The notes under the pieces were generated by a model. It saw only the letters and a list, made by a program, of their open reading frames with translations, was not told the origin of the DNA and made no database searches. A DNA stretch of 64,000 nt from a virus, in IMG/VR virus record IMGVR_UViG_3300035696_000020, positions 1-64,000 of that record; one strand, written 5' to 3'. Shown here in pieces: positions 19,710 to 29,794 of the stretch. The first letter of the stretch is position 1; each line of letters begins with the position of its first letter. Made by a program: the position numbers and the translations under genes.

Positions 19710-19919
19710 CTAATCTGAACTATCAATAGTCCAAGTGTACCCGCAGTCAGTGCATGTGTATTCGTTGTAGCACCGACCGAGATTGCGGGTAGTGCAGTTC
19801 GCGTGAGTACATTCGCGAGGTAGCACAGCATAACTGTATGGCCGCGTCTTCCGTGGATCGCAGATGTCCTCGGTGGTGCAGATGATTGGGCCGATTGCAG
19901 CCAAGAACCATTCGGTCAT
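19710..19919 (-). CDS. Small zinc-ribbon protein
   Basis: CTH..C, CTDC motifs. Confidence 0.55.
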   Translation of the reverse strand: MTEWFLAAIGPIICTTEDICDPRKTRPYSYAVLPRECTHANCTTRNLGRCYNEYTCTDCGYTWTIDSSD

Positions 19920-20533
19920 TTTGGCGTCTCCCGCAATGCCGCGTTAATGGCCTCGATTGCCGCGATTCCTCTATCCATGGCACGGTGGTAATCGCACCAA
20001 CAGATGCCTACGGTATGGTCGCAGGGCTCTGAAAGTTCTCGCATTCTGTCGCCCATTTCCCTTAAAGCTTCACGTGCCTGTTGTGCGATTTCGGCGCGGA
20101 CTATGTGTGGCATTTGACAGTCTGGCCTTTCTGGCTTGGCGGTCATCAGAGAGGGCCGTAACCCTCTCCTATGATCGTCACTCCACCGCGAGAAGGTGGT
20201 CAATCGCCATGTGAGCCCGGAAGGCCACCGTTTCCACAAGGCGCTTTTCGAGTTTGGCCCGCTCGCACTGGACAAGGCCAGCGTAGTTGTCAGCCTCGTG
20301 AGTGATTGCCTGGAGGCGCTCCATGAAGGTGGCGCCCGTGACTTTGACGACTGCTTTGCTGGTCATTCTACGTTCTCCTTTTCCTCTTCCAAGTATCGCT
20401 TCCAAGCCTGCCAGTTTGGCATTTGCTCCCGAGCCTCGCTGACCAGGGTTTCCCAATCCAGAGGCGACTTAGGGTCTGACATCGCGATTTTAGCGACCCA
20501 TCGTGCCAGTCTCAGTTCTCGGTTGGTTGCCAT
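19916..20533 (-). CDS. Three short leftward early genes (19916-20113, 20178-20366, 20363-20533)
   Basis: Closely spaced ATG-initiated ORFs with GGAG-type RBSs downstream of the repeated promoter element. Confidence 0.5.
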
Positions 20534-20571
20534 GTCATTCTCCCTCTTGCATCCTCTACATAGTGCATCCC

Positions 20572-20600
20572 TGACGAAACGTCCAATCACGAATTGTTAC
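20572..20600 (-). promoter_or_regulatory. Repeated early-promoter/operator element, copy 1
   Basis: TGACGAAACGTCC + AATCACGAATTGTTAC. Confidence 0.65.
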
Positions 20601-20827
20601 CGAACGATTTTAACCGGGTGCTCGGTAACAAGAACAAGTCTGGCTCCGCAACTGACAATCGGTTTGTCCGGGCTGTAGATAAGTTTGCTAGGCCCTTCAA
20701 TCTCAATCTCGTGGGCATATTGGGGCTGCTTATCGCTTTTAGTCCGGGCGATTCTGATGGGCGGTTTATCCGTGCCTAATACTGCATTGGCGCGGATAGT
20801 GTGACCGTTGATGCTGATGTAGGTCAT
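20597..20827 (-). CDS. Conserved-type phage hypothetical protein
   Basis: IN.H.IRAN...I.GPS.L.YSPDKP..SCGARL motif. Confidence 0.7.
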   Translation of the reverse strand: MTYISINGHTIRANAVLGTDKPPIRIARTKSDKQPQYAHEIEIEGPSKLIYSPDKPIVSCGARLVLVTEHPVKIVR

Positions 20828-20991
20828 TTGCTTATCAGTTTTTGGGCAGAGAAGGCCGCTACCTCCCAGTCAAACTCGACTTCGTGATCTGAGACTGCAT
20901 CCCACACGAACCACTCGCCAGTTTTCTTGTGGTAGCGAGCGCTGTAATTCCGATCTCGGGCGGCTAACCGTTCGGCTTGTTCCTTAGTCAT
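20824..20991 (-). CDS. Hypothetical 55 aa protein
   Basis: GAGG RBS, MTKEQAERLAARDRNYSARYHKKTGEWFVWD. Confidence 0.55.
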   Translation of the reverse strand: MTKEQAERLAARDRNYSARYHKKTGEWFVWDAVSDHEVEFDWEVAAFSAQKLISK

Positions 20992-21020
20992 ATTTCCTCG
21001 CTTTCTGCACCCTTAATTTA

Positions 21021-21057
21021 GGACGAATTGTCCAAAATGCAAATCACGAAATGTTTC
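21021..21057 (-). promoter_or_regulatory. Repeated early-promoter/operator element, copy 2
   Basis: GGACGAATTGTCC palindrome + AATCACGAAATGTTTC. Confidence 0.65.
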
Positions 21058-21215
21058 AATGGTGAAATAATGAGAAAATATTCCCATAGCAGCCTTAGAG
21101 ATGCCGCACTTGCAGCCCTGTGGACAGCGATCATAGGCGGGGTCCTGTGGATTGCGTTGCTCATCGTATGGGTGGTAGTTCTTGATTCGGCGGGCATTTC
21201 TCCCTGGGGGGTCAA

Positions 21216-21623
21216 ATGATGCGGCTGATCTTGGCGGCGATCTGCATGCTTTTTGCGGGCTATGCACTCGCGCGTAACTCCGGGCAATGGGCGACGGATG
21301 ATGAGATTTCCCATTGGATAGGCCGCCTAATGCAGCCAGACCGGCCGCCTGAATGGCCGCAATCATGTTGCGGAGAGGCCGATATGTACTATGCGGACAG
21401 CTTTAGAAGCAGTCCTGACGGGTATATCGCAATTATAACCGACGAACGAGACGATCTGCCGCTTCGTCGCCCGCATGTGGACGTTGGAACAGAAGTTAAG
21501 GTCCCGAATGCCAAAATAAAATGGGACGAAGGCAATCCTACAGGACATGCGTTGATCTTTTTGGGATTTGAGGACGGCCATCCTACAAAGGTATTCTGTT
21601 ATGTGCCCGGAGGCGGTGGCTGA
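21216..21623 (+). CDS. Secreted hypothetical protein
   Basis: Sec signal (..AGYALA); SCCGEAD, GNPTGHA, FCYVPG motifs. Confidence 0.7.
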   Translation: MMRLILAAICMLFAGYALARNSGQWATDDEISHWIGRLMQPDRPPEWPQSCCGEADMYYADSFRSSPDGYIAIITDERDDLPLRRPHVDVGTEVKVPNAKIKWDEGNPTGHALIFLGFEDGHPTKVFCYVPGGGG

Positions 21624-22013
21624 GTGGGTCGCATCAAGCCAGAAATAGTTGAAGTTGCAAGAGAGATGCTACGAAAAGGAACCGGAATATCGGACATCTC
21701 TCGCGAACTAGACGTGTCTTCGGACGGCATTCGTCGGCATCTTAACCCTGAGTACCGGGAAAGCCGCAATCAATCCTCGATCGATTCGTACCATCGCAAC
21801 CCTAAGAAAAAGCGGAAGTGGAGGCCCAAACCGAAACATCCTCCGATTGGCATGCACACTGCTGGATTGAAGACAGAGGCAGTTGTAGTCCCGGATGAAG
21901 TGTTGGCAGAGCGCGACTATGCAATGCGGTATTATCAGGACGTGACATCGGAAGTTTTTGGTGACCCTTTACCTGGGCGCTCGGCCTTAAGTAAGAAACT
22001 CCGGGGGGAGTGA
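21624..22013 (+). CDS. HTH protein
   Basis: ISDISRELDVSSDGIRRHL; C-terminal FGDPLPGRSAL. Confidence 0.65.
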   Translation: MGRIKPEIVEVAREMLRKGTGISDISRELDVSSDGIRRHLNPEYRESRNQSSIDSYHRNPKKKRKWRPKPKHPPIGMHTAGLKTEAVVVPDEVLAERDYAMRYYQDVTSEVFGDPLPGRSALSKKLRGE

Positions 22014-23479
22014 TGAGGAAATGGACTATTGACGATGCGCGCCGGGAGTGTGGCGCGGTCGAAGAGTGGCTAAAGAAAGGATTTGATCCTTCTCCGTCCG
22101 GTCCCAAAAAGGGTGCCGTTCGTCTAGCCGCTGAACAACTAAAGGAACCGCGATCGTCATTTGAGGCTCGCGTTGGTGTACCAAACACGCCAGGAATGTA
22201 CCATAGGCAATTTGGTATTTCACCCGACTGGTCATTTTATAAAGGCAAAGACTTCGAAGAGTTGGTTCGGGAATCAATCGAAGCCTATCACGATGCTGAT
22301 GGAAATTTTGCTCAAGCAGCTAAAAATCTTGGGGTAAGTCCTAGCACAGTTCGAAATAGAATCAAAAACGCGGCAAGAACGGGGCTTATCTCTCGTAAAC
22401 CCGTCATGCCAGGATTTGAAATCCGCCAGACCTCGACACAACTTGATGGTAACGGGAACGTTGAACGGGAGTGGGTGAAGCAGGTTCCTGAGAGCGCGGA
22501 GCCTTTCGAGGTTCCTGCCGGCCACGTTATCAAGGGAATTTCCGCACTTACCGATGAGACTGGCAGAGTTCGTGCGCAGTGGATTAAGACACGGGATGAC
22601 CCTGAGAACGTCATTGCGCAGATCAATGCGGTGGTCGATGAGCTAAAGAAATCTATCCCGCGTGAGAAGCCAGTAAGCGCACCAAAATACACCGATGAAA
22701 AGTTGCTCAATCAGTTCACGGTGACCGATCTGCATTTTGGCATGCTGGCTTGGGCGGAAGAGACCGGAGACGCGGACTACGATTTGAAGATCGCGGAAAA
22801 GCTCCTGATCGACTGGTTCAACACCGCGATTGCAATGTCTCCGCGCGCCGAAGTTGGAGTTCTTGCGCAGCTTGGCGATTTGATGCACCACGACTCCATG
22901 GAAAGCGTCACGCCTACGAATCGCAATGTCTTGGACGCAGATAGTCGATTGCAGAAGATTATCCGTGTAGTGATCCGGGTAGTTCGCCAGATTATCTCGA
23001 TGCTCCTACAGCATCATTCCCACGTGCATGTCATCATGGCGACGGCAAACCATGATCCAGCGTCATCGGCTTGGCTGCGCGAACTACTTCATTCATTTTA
23101 CGAGAACGAACCGAGAATAACCGTCGATAACAGTCCGGACACATATTACGCCTACAAGTGGGGTGATACTGGGTTGTTCTATCACCACGGGCACAAGCGC
23201 AAAATCTCGGACGTAGATCGGACGTTCGCCGGCAAGTTCAAGGAAATCTATGGTTCATGCACTAAGAGCTACGGGCACCTCGGGCACCTCCACAACGATG
23301 AAACGGTGGAAAGCCCACTAATGAAGGTCGAGCGTCACCGGACACTTGCGCCTAGAGACGCTTATGCAAGTAGTCATGGCTGGCTTTCCGATAGCGATGC
23401 GAAAGTTATCACCTATCACAAAGAGTTTGGCGAGGTGTTCCGGTCTACACTCTCTCCGCAGATGCTGGCGAAGGCATGA
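22010..23479 (+). CDS. HTH + calcineurin-like metallophosphoesterase
   Basis: DLHFG, LGDLMH, NHD, HHGH, GHLH motifs; Fis-like HTH AAKNLGVSPSTV. Confidence 0.85.
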   Translation: MMRKWTIDDARRECGAVEEWLKKGFDPSPSGPKKGAVRLAAEQLKEPRSSFEARVGVPNTPGMYHRQFGISPDWSFYKGKDFEELVRESIEAYHDADGNFAQAAKNLGVSPSTVRNRIKNAARTGLISRKPVMPGFEIRQTSTQLDGNGNVEREWVKQVPESAEPFEVPAGHVIKGISALTDETGRVRAQWIKTRDDPENVIAQINAVVDELKKSIPREKPVSAPKYTDEKLLNQFTVTDLHFGMLAWAEETGDADYDLKIAEKLLIDWFNTAIAMSPRAEVGVLAQLGDLMHHDSMESVTPTNRNVLDADSRLQKIIRVVIRVVRQIISMLLQHHSHVHVIMATANHDPASSAWLRELLHSFYENEPRITVDNSPDTYYAYKWGDTGLFYHHGHKRKISDVDRTFAGKFKEIYGSCTKSYGHLGHLHNDETVESPLMKVERHRTLAPRDAYASSHGWLSDSDAKVITYHKEFGEVFRSTLSPQMLAKA

Positions 23480-23823
23480 AGCTAACGCCGGGGGTACTCC
23501 AACATTGCTATGCGTTCCTGGCAGAAACAGAGCCGTTCAATAAGTGGAACCTACCTGATGCAGAGGATATAAAGTTCATCTTACTAGGGGATAACGGGGA
23601 TGCACACGGAACGGTCGAGAAATGGAAGGATACCTACAAGATTGGTGCCGCTCCAGGCAGTCACCAACACACGGCAAGTTTGATTGTGACCATGGCACAT
23701 GAAATGATCCATCTGCACATGATGCAATCGAAAATACGCAATCCAGAAGGGCACGGTCGTATCTTCAAGGCGTTTGCTGCGGAGGTATGCGCGGAACACG
23801 GGTTTGACTTAGGGCAGTTCTGA
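23476..23823 (+). CDS. SprT-like zinc metalloprotease
   Basis: TMAHEMIHL...HG..F. Confidence 0.8.
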   Translation: MKLTPGVLQHCYAFLAETEPFNKWNLPDAEDIKFILLGDNGDAHGTVEKWKDTYKIGAAPGSHQHTASLIVTMAHEMIHLHMMQSKIRNPEGHGRIFKAFAAEVCAEHGFDLGQF

Positions 23824-23833
23824 GGGGAACAAA

Positions 23834-24196
23834 ATGAAACTCTATCTAGCGGCAATGTTCAGTCGTCAAGAGGAAATGCAAGAGATCGGGGAGCACCTAA
23901 AGTCGAAAGGCTTTGAGATAATGTCACGATGGGTGTACGGCGGCGAGGCAACCGCAGGCTCGCCAGAGAATTGTGCAATCCTTGACCTTGAAGACGTTGA
24001 CGCGGCTGACGCGATCGTGTGCTTCACTCACCAAAAGGGCCGGATCACATCTGGGGGCGGCCGTCATGTCGAGTTTGGCTATGCGCTCGCTAATGGTAAG
24101 CGGTGCTTTGTAATAGGCCCGGAAGAGAACATCTTTTACCATCTGGCCGAACAGTATGATTCAATCGAAGAGTTCATTGAAGCCAACAAGCCATGA
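23834..24196 (+). CDS. Nucleoside 2-deoxyribosyltransferase-like protein
   Basis: KLYLAA, DLEDVDAAD, GG.HVEFGYALA.GK. Confidence 0.85.
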   Translation: MKLYLAAMFSRQEEMQEIGEHLKSKGFEIMSRWVYGGEATAGSPENCAILDLEDVDAADAIVCFTHQKGRITSGGGRHVEFGYALANGKRCFVIGPEENIFYHLAEQYDSIEEFIEANKP

Positions 24197-24375
24197 GGCT
24201 AGTCCCTCGATCAATGACATTCGCAAACGACGGCGAAATTGGGACGCTATCGCTAGCGTTCGATCACTCTAAGCCTATGTCCATTGAAATCACAGTAGAA
24301 CAAGCCGCGCTAATCCTTGAAGATTTGGCGCGGTACGTTTGCAAACAAGTAAGGAAAAACCATGCTGATATTTGA
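24193..24375 (+). CDS. Hypothetical protein
   Basis: ATGA-coupled ORF. Confidence 0.5.
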   Translation: MRLVPRSMTFANDGEIGTLSLAFDHSKPMSIEITVEQAALILEDLARYVCKQVRKNHADI

Positions 24376-25216
24376 CACGCCGACGAACACGACTTCTGCG
24401 CTACCTGCGTTGATGGCGCGTAGCCCTGACGGTGTTGTGGCACTAAGGTACGTGGCCCCCGGATCGGCAAATCTATGGAAAACCATCAAGGTCTCCGAGG
24501 CGCGGGCGATAGCTGCTACCGCTGGCAAGGTCCGACTTGGCCTGATCTATGAGACGAACGGGCGCCCTCGGGGAACCTCGACCGGCCTCGCAGATGGCGA
24601 CTACGCACTATCTCAATTGAAGCTATTTGGAGCACCACGTGGTGCTTTCATGTCCTACACCTCGGACGAGGATACCCCGGAAGGCAGTCAACTAACCGCG
24701 CTAGGGGATGCCTTTGCGGCATTCTTTGACAAACTGACGGATAGCAAGGGCAGTCTTGTGAACCGAGTGTGCTATAGTGCGGGTCGTACCTATGATTATC
24801 TTAATCGTCGTGGCCTGATTGATGTGGAGTGGCCGACGCAATCCATGGGATTCACGGATACTCGGAAGGACATCAACGCGGGAGACTGGGACCTACGGCA
24901 ACTACTGTCCAGCAAGATTTGTGGCCTCGATACCGACCAGGACCTCATGCGGACGGACAAGCCGCTAGGGTTCTTTACTCCGAACCTTGCTGCACCGAGC
25001 CTTCCCGACGAAGTTCTCCCTCATACCGCGTCAACCGAGGATGTAGAGGCCCTACAGAACGCACTGAACGCGAAGGCAGCGGCAGGGCTTACGGTGGATG
25101 GCGTCTATGGCAAGGGCACTGCTGGCGCTGTAATGGCGTTCCAGAAGGCGCATGGGCTTACGGTTGATGGGGTAGCGCGACCGGCAACGGTGGCAGAATT
25201 GAAGGGACTTGCTTAA
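24362..25216 (+). CDS. Endolysin: DUF1906/GH25-like TIM barrel + peptidoglycan-binding domain
   Basis: FDT, LRY, IYE, G..DG, D.D, LDTD; C-terminal DV..LQ..LN...L.VDG.YG..T..AV..FQ..HGL.VDG. Confidence 0.85.
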   Translation: MLIFDTPTNTTSALPALMARSPDGVVALRYVAPGSANLWKTIKVSEARAIAATAGKVRLGLIYETNGRPRGTSTGLADGDYALSQLKLFGAPRGAFMSYTSDEDTPEGSQLTALGDAFAAFFDKLTDSKGSLVNRVCYSAGRTYDYLNRRGLIDVEWPTQSMGFTDTRKDINAGDWDLRQLLSSKICGLDTDQDLMRTDKPLGFFTPNLAAPSLPDEVLPHTASTEDVEALQNALNAKAAAGLTVDGVYGKGTAGAVMAFQKAHGLTVDGVARPATVAELKGLA

Positions 25217-25596
25217 AATCCCTTGCGCCATTCTTTAGCTTTCAAAATTAGATAATCCGCTTCTCGCTTTCGACGCGCCGCTAATTCATCAAGGTTACAA
25301 ATGCTTAATCCTGGCTGGCGGGACGTGTTGTCGTAACAATTATTCCCGGTATGGAACTCGTATTCGACATTCATTGAAGTATCATAAGTAGGGTCACGGT
25401 CGCCCCAATAGCGGTAGTGTTTAGAGATGACGCCAAGCCTTCGTCCAGTGTTGGCGTCGTAAATTTCCTCGCCAATTTGATAGCGGGCGAAGTCTGCCAT
25501 GTGCGCGTCCATCCACGCCTTTCTCTTGGCGAGAATGGCTTTAACTTCATCGTTAAGTGTCTTTAGTTCGGCAGTCAGTGCGGTTTTGTCTGTCAC
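25213..25596 (-). CDS. Hypothetical protein
   Basis: GGAG RBS, coupled ORF. Confidence 0.55.
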   Translation of the reverse strand: MTDKTALTAELKTLNDEVKAILAKRKAWMDAHMADFARYQIGEEIYDANTGRRLGVISKHYRYWGDRDPTYDTSMNVEYEFHTGNNCYDNTSRQPGLSICNLDELAARRKREADYLILKAKEWRKGF

Positions 25597-25976
25597 GGTT
25601 CAATCTCCATAACCTCAATCCCTGCTGCTTTGGCACGGCGCACCATATCTGCCGTGCCACGGGAACCTGGAAACGCCACCACAATATCTGGCTTGCCTTC
25701 ATCTATCATCGCCTGATTGCGTATAGGCCCAGCGGCTTTGCCGTGTTTCTCCCAATCAGCCTTGAACTCGACGTAGCCAGTCCAATTGACCATAGCCCAA
25801 GATGCACCTAGGTCGTCCGCTCCCGTTGCACCGCCCGTGATTATAACGAAGTCACTTGGTAGCCAATTCTCGTCTGGCTTGTAAAACTTGGAATGCTTGA
25901 CGGCAAGTTTTTCAAGCGTGTTCCTGACCTTTTCCCAATCATTGTAATTTCTGCCGCCGCAAACTAAGATTCTCAT
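25593..25976 (-). CDS. SLOG-family (DUF2493/YspA-like) protein
   Basis: RILVCGGR, GGATGAD, ADWEKHGKAAGPIRN..M, AFPG..GT.DM. Confidence 0.9.
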   Translation of the reverse strand: MRILVCGGRNYNDWEKVRNTLEKLAVKHSKFYKPDENWLPSDFVIITGGATGADDLGASWAMVNWTGYVEFKADWEKHGKAAGPIRNQAMIDEGKPDIVVAFPGSRGTADMVRRAKAAGIEVMEIEP

Positions 25977-26245
25977 GACATCAACCTATTATAAAGACGT
26001 TTCGAGAAATCACGTAATCCTCCTTGATTGGCAGGGCAATCGTAGAAATCTCTGCTGGTCAATTTTCGGCCAAGTCTTGACTCAAGGCACCCAATACAGA
26101 GCATCCCGTCGCCGCTCTCAAATGGGTGCTTCATCCCAGCCTTTCGCCACGTCTTTGTGGTGACAACGTAATATTCTTTTATCTCAAAAGTGTTTACGTG
26201 GCAATCAACGCAATCACCTCGGCTCATCTCTAAAGGATTGCACAT
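25973..26245 (-). CDS. Zinc-binding hypothetical protein
   Basis: CVDC, LCIGCLE.RLGRKL...DF. Confidence 0.7.
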   Translation of the reverse strand: MCNPLEMSRGDCVDCHVNTFEIKEYYVVTTKTWRKAGMKHPFESGDGMLCIGCLESRLGRKLTSRDFYDCPANQGGLRDFSKRLYNRLMS

Positions 26246-26248
26246 TTC

Positions 26249-26701
26249 TCAGTACCGTTCCGCAGTGCCGCGTTTGATGCCATCCCAATTTTCATCAGGT
26301 TCCATGCGGCCATAATCATCACAGTTATGTGGTGGTGGTCTACAGCCATCGCAGGCAATAAGTGGTTGGATCGGTGCTTCCGCGTCCAATGCTTCCCAAA
26401 TATCACCTTGCTGCCGGCTATCGACAACACAGTTCTCGATCTTATACCGCCAAACTTTGAAGTCTGCTGCCTTTAGCGCCAATAGGAGTGCCTTTGTCCG
26501 GTCGGCTAGGTCATCGATATTCTTACTATGCCCAGTCATGAACGTATCGCGCTCTGACGGCTTGTCCGGTCCTTTAGACTTCAACATGACCAGATGGGCT
26601 AGTTTGAACCCAAAAGTCTTTGCAATCTCTCCCGCTTCGTCACGTCTTTGATCGAATACCGGAGAAATCGTCACGTGCGATTCCAAATATAAATCACTCA
26701 T
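26249..26701 (-). CDS. Hypothetical protein
   Basis: E.HVTI...R.KIE..V.D pattern; GGAGG RBS before MSDLYL. Confidence 0.6.
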   Translation of the reverse strand: MSDLYLESHVTISPVFDQRRDEAGEIAKTFGFKLAHLVMLKSKGPDKPSERDTFMTGHSKNIDDLADRTKALLLALKAADFKVWRYKIENCVVDSRQQGDIWEALDAEAPIQPLIACDGCRPPPHNCDDYGRMEPDENWDGIKRGTAERY

Positions 26702-26713
26702 AGGAGCCTCCAT

Positions 26714-27439
26714 TTGACCGACTATACACCACAAATCCTCAATCTTGTCAACGCTTCACCCGTCATACACTACGAATGGGAGAACCGTGGAATCGCCCCC
26801 CGTGGCTACATCAACGGTATGGTTTTGACGTTTGCAAGTGTTTACTTATCGTCAAAACAGGGGGATAAGTATGTTGCCGAGATGTCGAAAGCAAATACGC
26901 ACGATGCGAGCAAAGACGCGCTTGCCTATTATGCTGGCATCTTCGACATAATGAAGATGAACAACGATGTAGCGGGGGCGGATACACTTAGACATTTATG
27001 GACATTGCTTATCGGGTTGGGAATGCGCGAGTCGTCCGGGCAATACTGCTGCGGACGTGACCGGAGCGCAGACAACGTAACAAGCGATACGGCGGAAGCT
27101 GGGGCGTTTCAGGCATCTTGGAATGCCCATGTGGCAAATCCGTTGATGTTGGACCTGTTTACCAATTGGAAACTGTCTGGTCTGGCGAATTACTTCCATG
27201 AAGGCGTCCATTGCTCTACGCTCGATCTGGCGAATTACGGTAGCGGAAATGGTTATAAATTTCAAGCACTTTGTAAGTCCGATCCGTCATTTGCGGCATG
27301 GTTTGCGGCGATTGGGCTCAGGAATTTGAAATCACACTGGGGTCCGATTATCCGACGCGAGGCCGAAGTGCGGCACGATGTCGATGTCCTATTGCAGGGT
27401 GTGCAGAAGATTGTTGATTCGGGAGAATTAGTAGCATGA
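26714..27439 (+). CDS. Putative lysozyme-fold cell-wall hydrolase
   Basis: LGMRESSG (helix-E-S) and AEAGAFQ motifs; lysis-module context. Confidence 0.5.
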   Translation: MTDYTPQILNLVNASPVIHYEWENRGIAPRGYINGMVLTFASVYLSSKQGDKYVAEMSKANTHDASKDALAYYAGIFDIMKMNNDVAGADTLRHLWTLLIGLGMRESSGQYCCGRDRSADNVTSDTAEAGAFQASWNAHVANPLMLDLFTNWKLSGLANYFHEGVHCSTLDLANYGSGNGYKFQALCKSDPSFAAWFAAIGLRNLKSHWGPIIRREAEVRHDVDVLLQGVQKIVDSGELVA

Positions 27440-28200
27440 TGAAGTATAAAACCGGACTATCGTTCAATTTCAGCCACCAAATGCCGTGGTTCGCGGATTT
27501 CTTTAGCGCGACGATGCTCCCTACTCCACCGGAGATGTTCGACAACATCAATCTAGCTCCAATTGATTTAATGTTGGAAAACGACGTTCTAGGAGACTGT
27601 TGGGAAGCTGGCACGATTAAACAGGCAATCCTAAACAAGGTCCTAGCCGGCGCACCTCCACCACGATTCACGAACGCCGACGCTACCCGATTCTACAGCC
27701 AAGTCACAGGGTACAATCCTCTAAAGAAGGGCTCCGACCAAGGAACGGATATGATCCAAGGCGGAAACTACTGGCTTAAAAACGGAGTTATCGACGCCAA
27801 CGGGATAGCACATAAGATCGACGCCATGGTGGCAATCCAACCGGGTAATGTTACCGAGTTCAAACTTGCAACGTGGCTCTGCGGCTCCTGCGGCATGGGG
27901 ATCATGGTCGGGAATCGTCAGGAAGAGCAATTCGAGGCCAAAGAGGTCTGGAATTTTGACGCCAACGATAAGCCTGATGGTGGGCATTACGTTCCTGGCA
28001 TGGGCTTCCCGGCGCCGAATCAAATATCATTCCCAACTTGGGGTGGAAAGGCCCTGATGTCGTACAAGTTCTATGAGCGCCGCTGTATGCAGGCAGTAGC
28101 CTATCTCAGCTTCGAAATGCTCGATGCTAAGGGTCTCTCACGCCAGCAATTCAATAAAGACCAATTGCTAGAATATCTTAACGCAATGCCGAAGGGGTAA
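27436..28200 (+). CDS. Papain-fold cysteine protease
   Basis: ND.LGDC..A, GGHYV, TWG motifs. Confidence 0.7.
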   Translation: MMKYKTGLSFNFSHQMPWFADFFSATMLPTPPEMFDNINLAPIDLMLENDVLGDCWEAGTIKQAILNKVLAGAPPPRFTNADATRFYSQVTGYNPLKKGSDQGTDMIQGGNYWLKNGVIDANGIAHKIDAMVAIQPGNVTEFKLATWLCGSCGMGIMVGNRQEEQFEAKEVWNFDANDKPDGGHYVPGMGFPAPNQISFPTWGGKALMSYKFYERRCMQAVAYLSFEMLDAKGLSRQQFNKDQLLEYLNAMPKG

Positions 28201-28202
28201 CG

Positions 28203-28790
28203 ATGAATACTCGGGTGCTATTCTTTGGCGGATTTCTCTCTACGCTCCACGACATGCGTGCGTGGCTAGCGAGCGCCGAGGATCAACGCCCGGATATTGA
28301 CTTCTATGCGTATCCTTACCCCCACGGCGCTGGGGCTGGACTTCAAGAGGCACTAAACGGCTTTGGAAATGATCGCTTCGACCAGATCATTGCCATGATC
28401 CGAGGTGCCCCGGACCACCAACATATCATCGTCGGACACTCCAGCGGGTGTGCGATTGCGAACGCAGTAGTCTCGGGGATGGGCGATGCGCCTACGGGAG
28501 CACAGAACTATCGGTTGGTCGCGCTGGATGGGTTTAGACCTGATGACATGATCTTCGCGAATCACTCCGACACAACATGCTGGCATGCCTACTGCGGCAA
28601 TGCGAAATCCCGAAACTGGGATATTGAAAACGAAGGCAAGCCATGGTTTAAGAAATACGAAGCCACAGACTGCTACACCGAATGGGCACTCCATTTCTCG
28701 CTTTGCAATACTGCTGCGTCTGATCGCACCGTCCATCAAATCACGGACGGCTACAACAATGTCCACGCTAACCTGTGTTTTTTGACATGA
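28203..28790 (+). CDS. Alpha/beta hydrolase
   Basis: VGHSSGC nucleophile elbow, LVALDG, C-terminal His. Confidence 0.75.
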   Translation: MNTRVLFFGGFLSTLHDMRAWLASAEDQRPDIDFYAYPYPHGAGAGLQEALNGFGNDRFDQIIAMIRGAPDHQHIIVGHSSGCAIANAVVSGMGDAPTGAQNYRLVALDGFRPDDMIFANHSDTTCWHAYCGNAKSRNWDIENEGKPWFKKYEATDCYTEWALHFSLCNTAASDRTVHQITDGYNNVHANLCFLT

Positions 28791-29248
28791 AAGTAAGATT
28801 TTGCACTGGCAGTGATTTCCTATCCAAAGCGATATCATTCGGGGAACGGGATGGATGGCCTACGCACTGCGAGGCTGTATTGCCAGATGGTTCAATGCTT
28901 GGGGCGCATCTTGATGGTGGTGTTGAAATTAGACCAGCGGGATATGACAAAGCAACACTAGTCCGGGAATTGATTGTGGACCTCCCAACAATGTCGGGAA
29001 TGGATGTCCTTTGGCTTTCGTTCCTGCATAATCAAGTTGGCAAGCCATATGATATAACTGCTATCGCTGGCTTGGCGCTAGATCGTGATTGGCGGGAAGA
29101 CGATTCTTGGTTCTGCTCTGAGTTGGTTGCAGCGGCTTTGGAATATTCTGGCTATATGCCTACACTTTCATCTGCAAACAATCACATTTCACCGCGAGAC
29201 TTGCTGCTAGTTCTCAGTGGTAAAATAAACATACCAAACGCAGCATAA
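28787..29248 (+). CDS. Permuted papain-like NlpC/P60 (YiiX/YaeF) amidase
   Basis: THCE, GKPYD, WFCSELVA, ISP.DL. Confidence 0.85.
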   Translation: MKVRFCTGSDFLSKAISFGERDGWPTHCEAVLPDGSMLGAHLDGGVEIRPAGYDKATLVRELIVDLPTMSGMDVLWLSFLHNQVGKPYDITAIAGLALDRDWREDDSWFCSELVAAALEYSGYMPTLSSANNHISPRDLLLVLSGKINIPNAA

Positions 29249-29258
29249 GGAGGAAAAC

Positions 29259-29465
29259 GTGTTAACAGACAAGCAACTTTGGGTAGTCCACATCGTCATG
29301 GTAACAATCTCGGCAGCTTTGGGAACTATCACGTTCTCAGACTACTTTGATCCCACAACGTCCAAATTGATTCTGCAAAGCCTACTTGCATCATACATGG
29401 TCTTGGGGTTCGTTTCCAACGGCGTCATGCCGCCCGGACCTCCGCAGATTCCTCCAGCCAAGTAA
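29259..29465 (+). CDS. Holin-like two-TM protein
   Basis: AGGAGG RBS; two TM helices; after the hydrolases. Confidence 0.55.
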   Translation: MLTDKQLWVVHIVMVTISAALGTITFSDYFDPTTSKLILQSLLASYMVLGFVSNGVMPPGPPQIPPAK

Positions 29466-29470
29466 GTCAC

Positions 29471-29794
29471 ATGACCGGAATTGACGAAATCAGCCGGTCC
29501 ATAGGTGGGCTGGAGGCCAATTATAAGACACTTCAGCGCACCTTTGACCAGCATTGCCAATCCAACGAAGCCCAACACCGCGAAATCTGCCAGAAGGTAG
29601 ACCATATTACCGAGGTCCTGGCCCCGCTATCTGAGGCCGTCAAAGTCATGAAGCCGATCGTTGACAGTTACCAAACCACCCGGTTAAAGTTCGCGGGAGC
29701 ACTCGGTATCGTGCTTCTGCTGCTAGGCTTTGTCGGGTGGTTCACAGGGCAGGTAATCATCGGTGCAATCAAGTGGATGTTTGGGGTGCATTGA
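29471..29794 (+). CDS. Coiled-coil protein with C-terminal TM (lysis-associated)
   Basis: IG.LEA coiled coil then hydrophobic tail. Confidence 0.55.
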   Translation: MTGIDEISRSIGGLEANYKTLQRTFDQHCQSNEAQHREICQKVDHITEVLAPLSEAVKVMKPIVDSYQTTRLKFAGALGIVLLLLGFVGWFTGQVIIGAIKWMFGVH

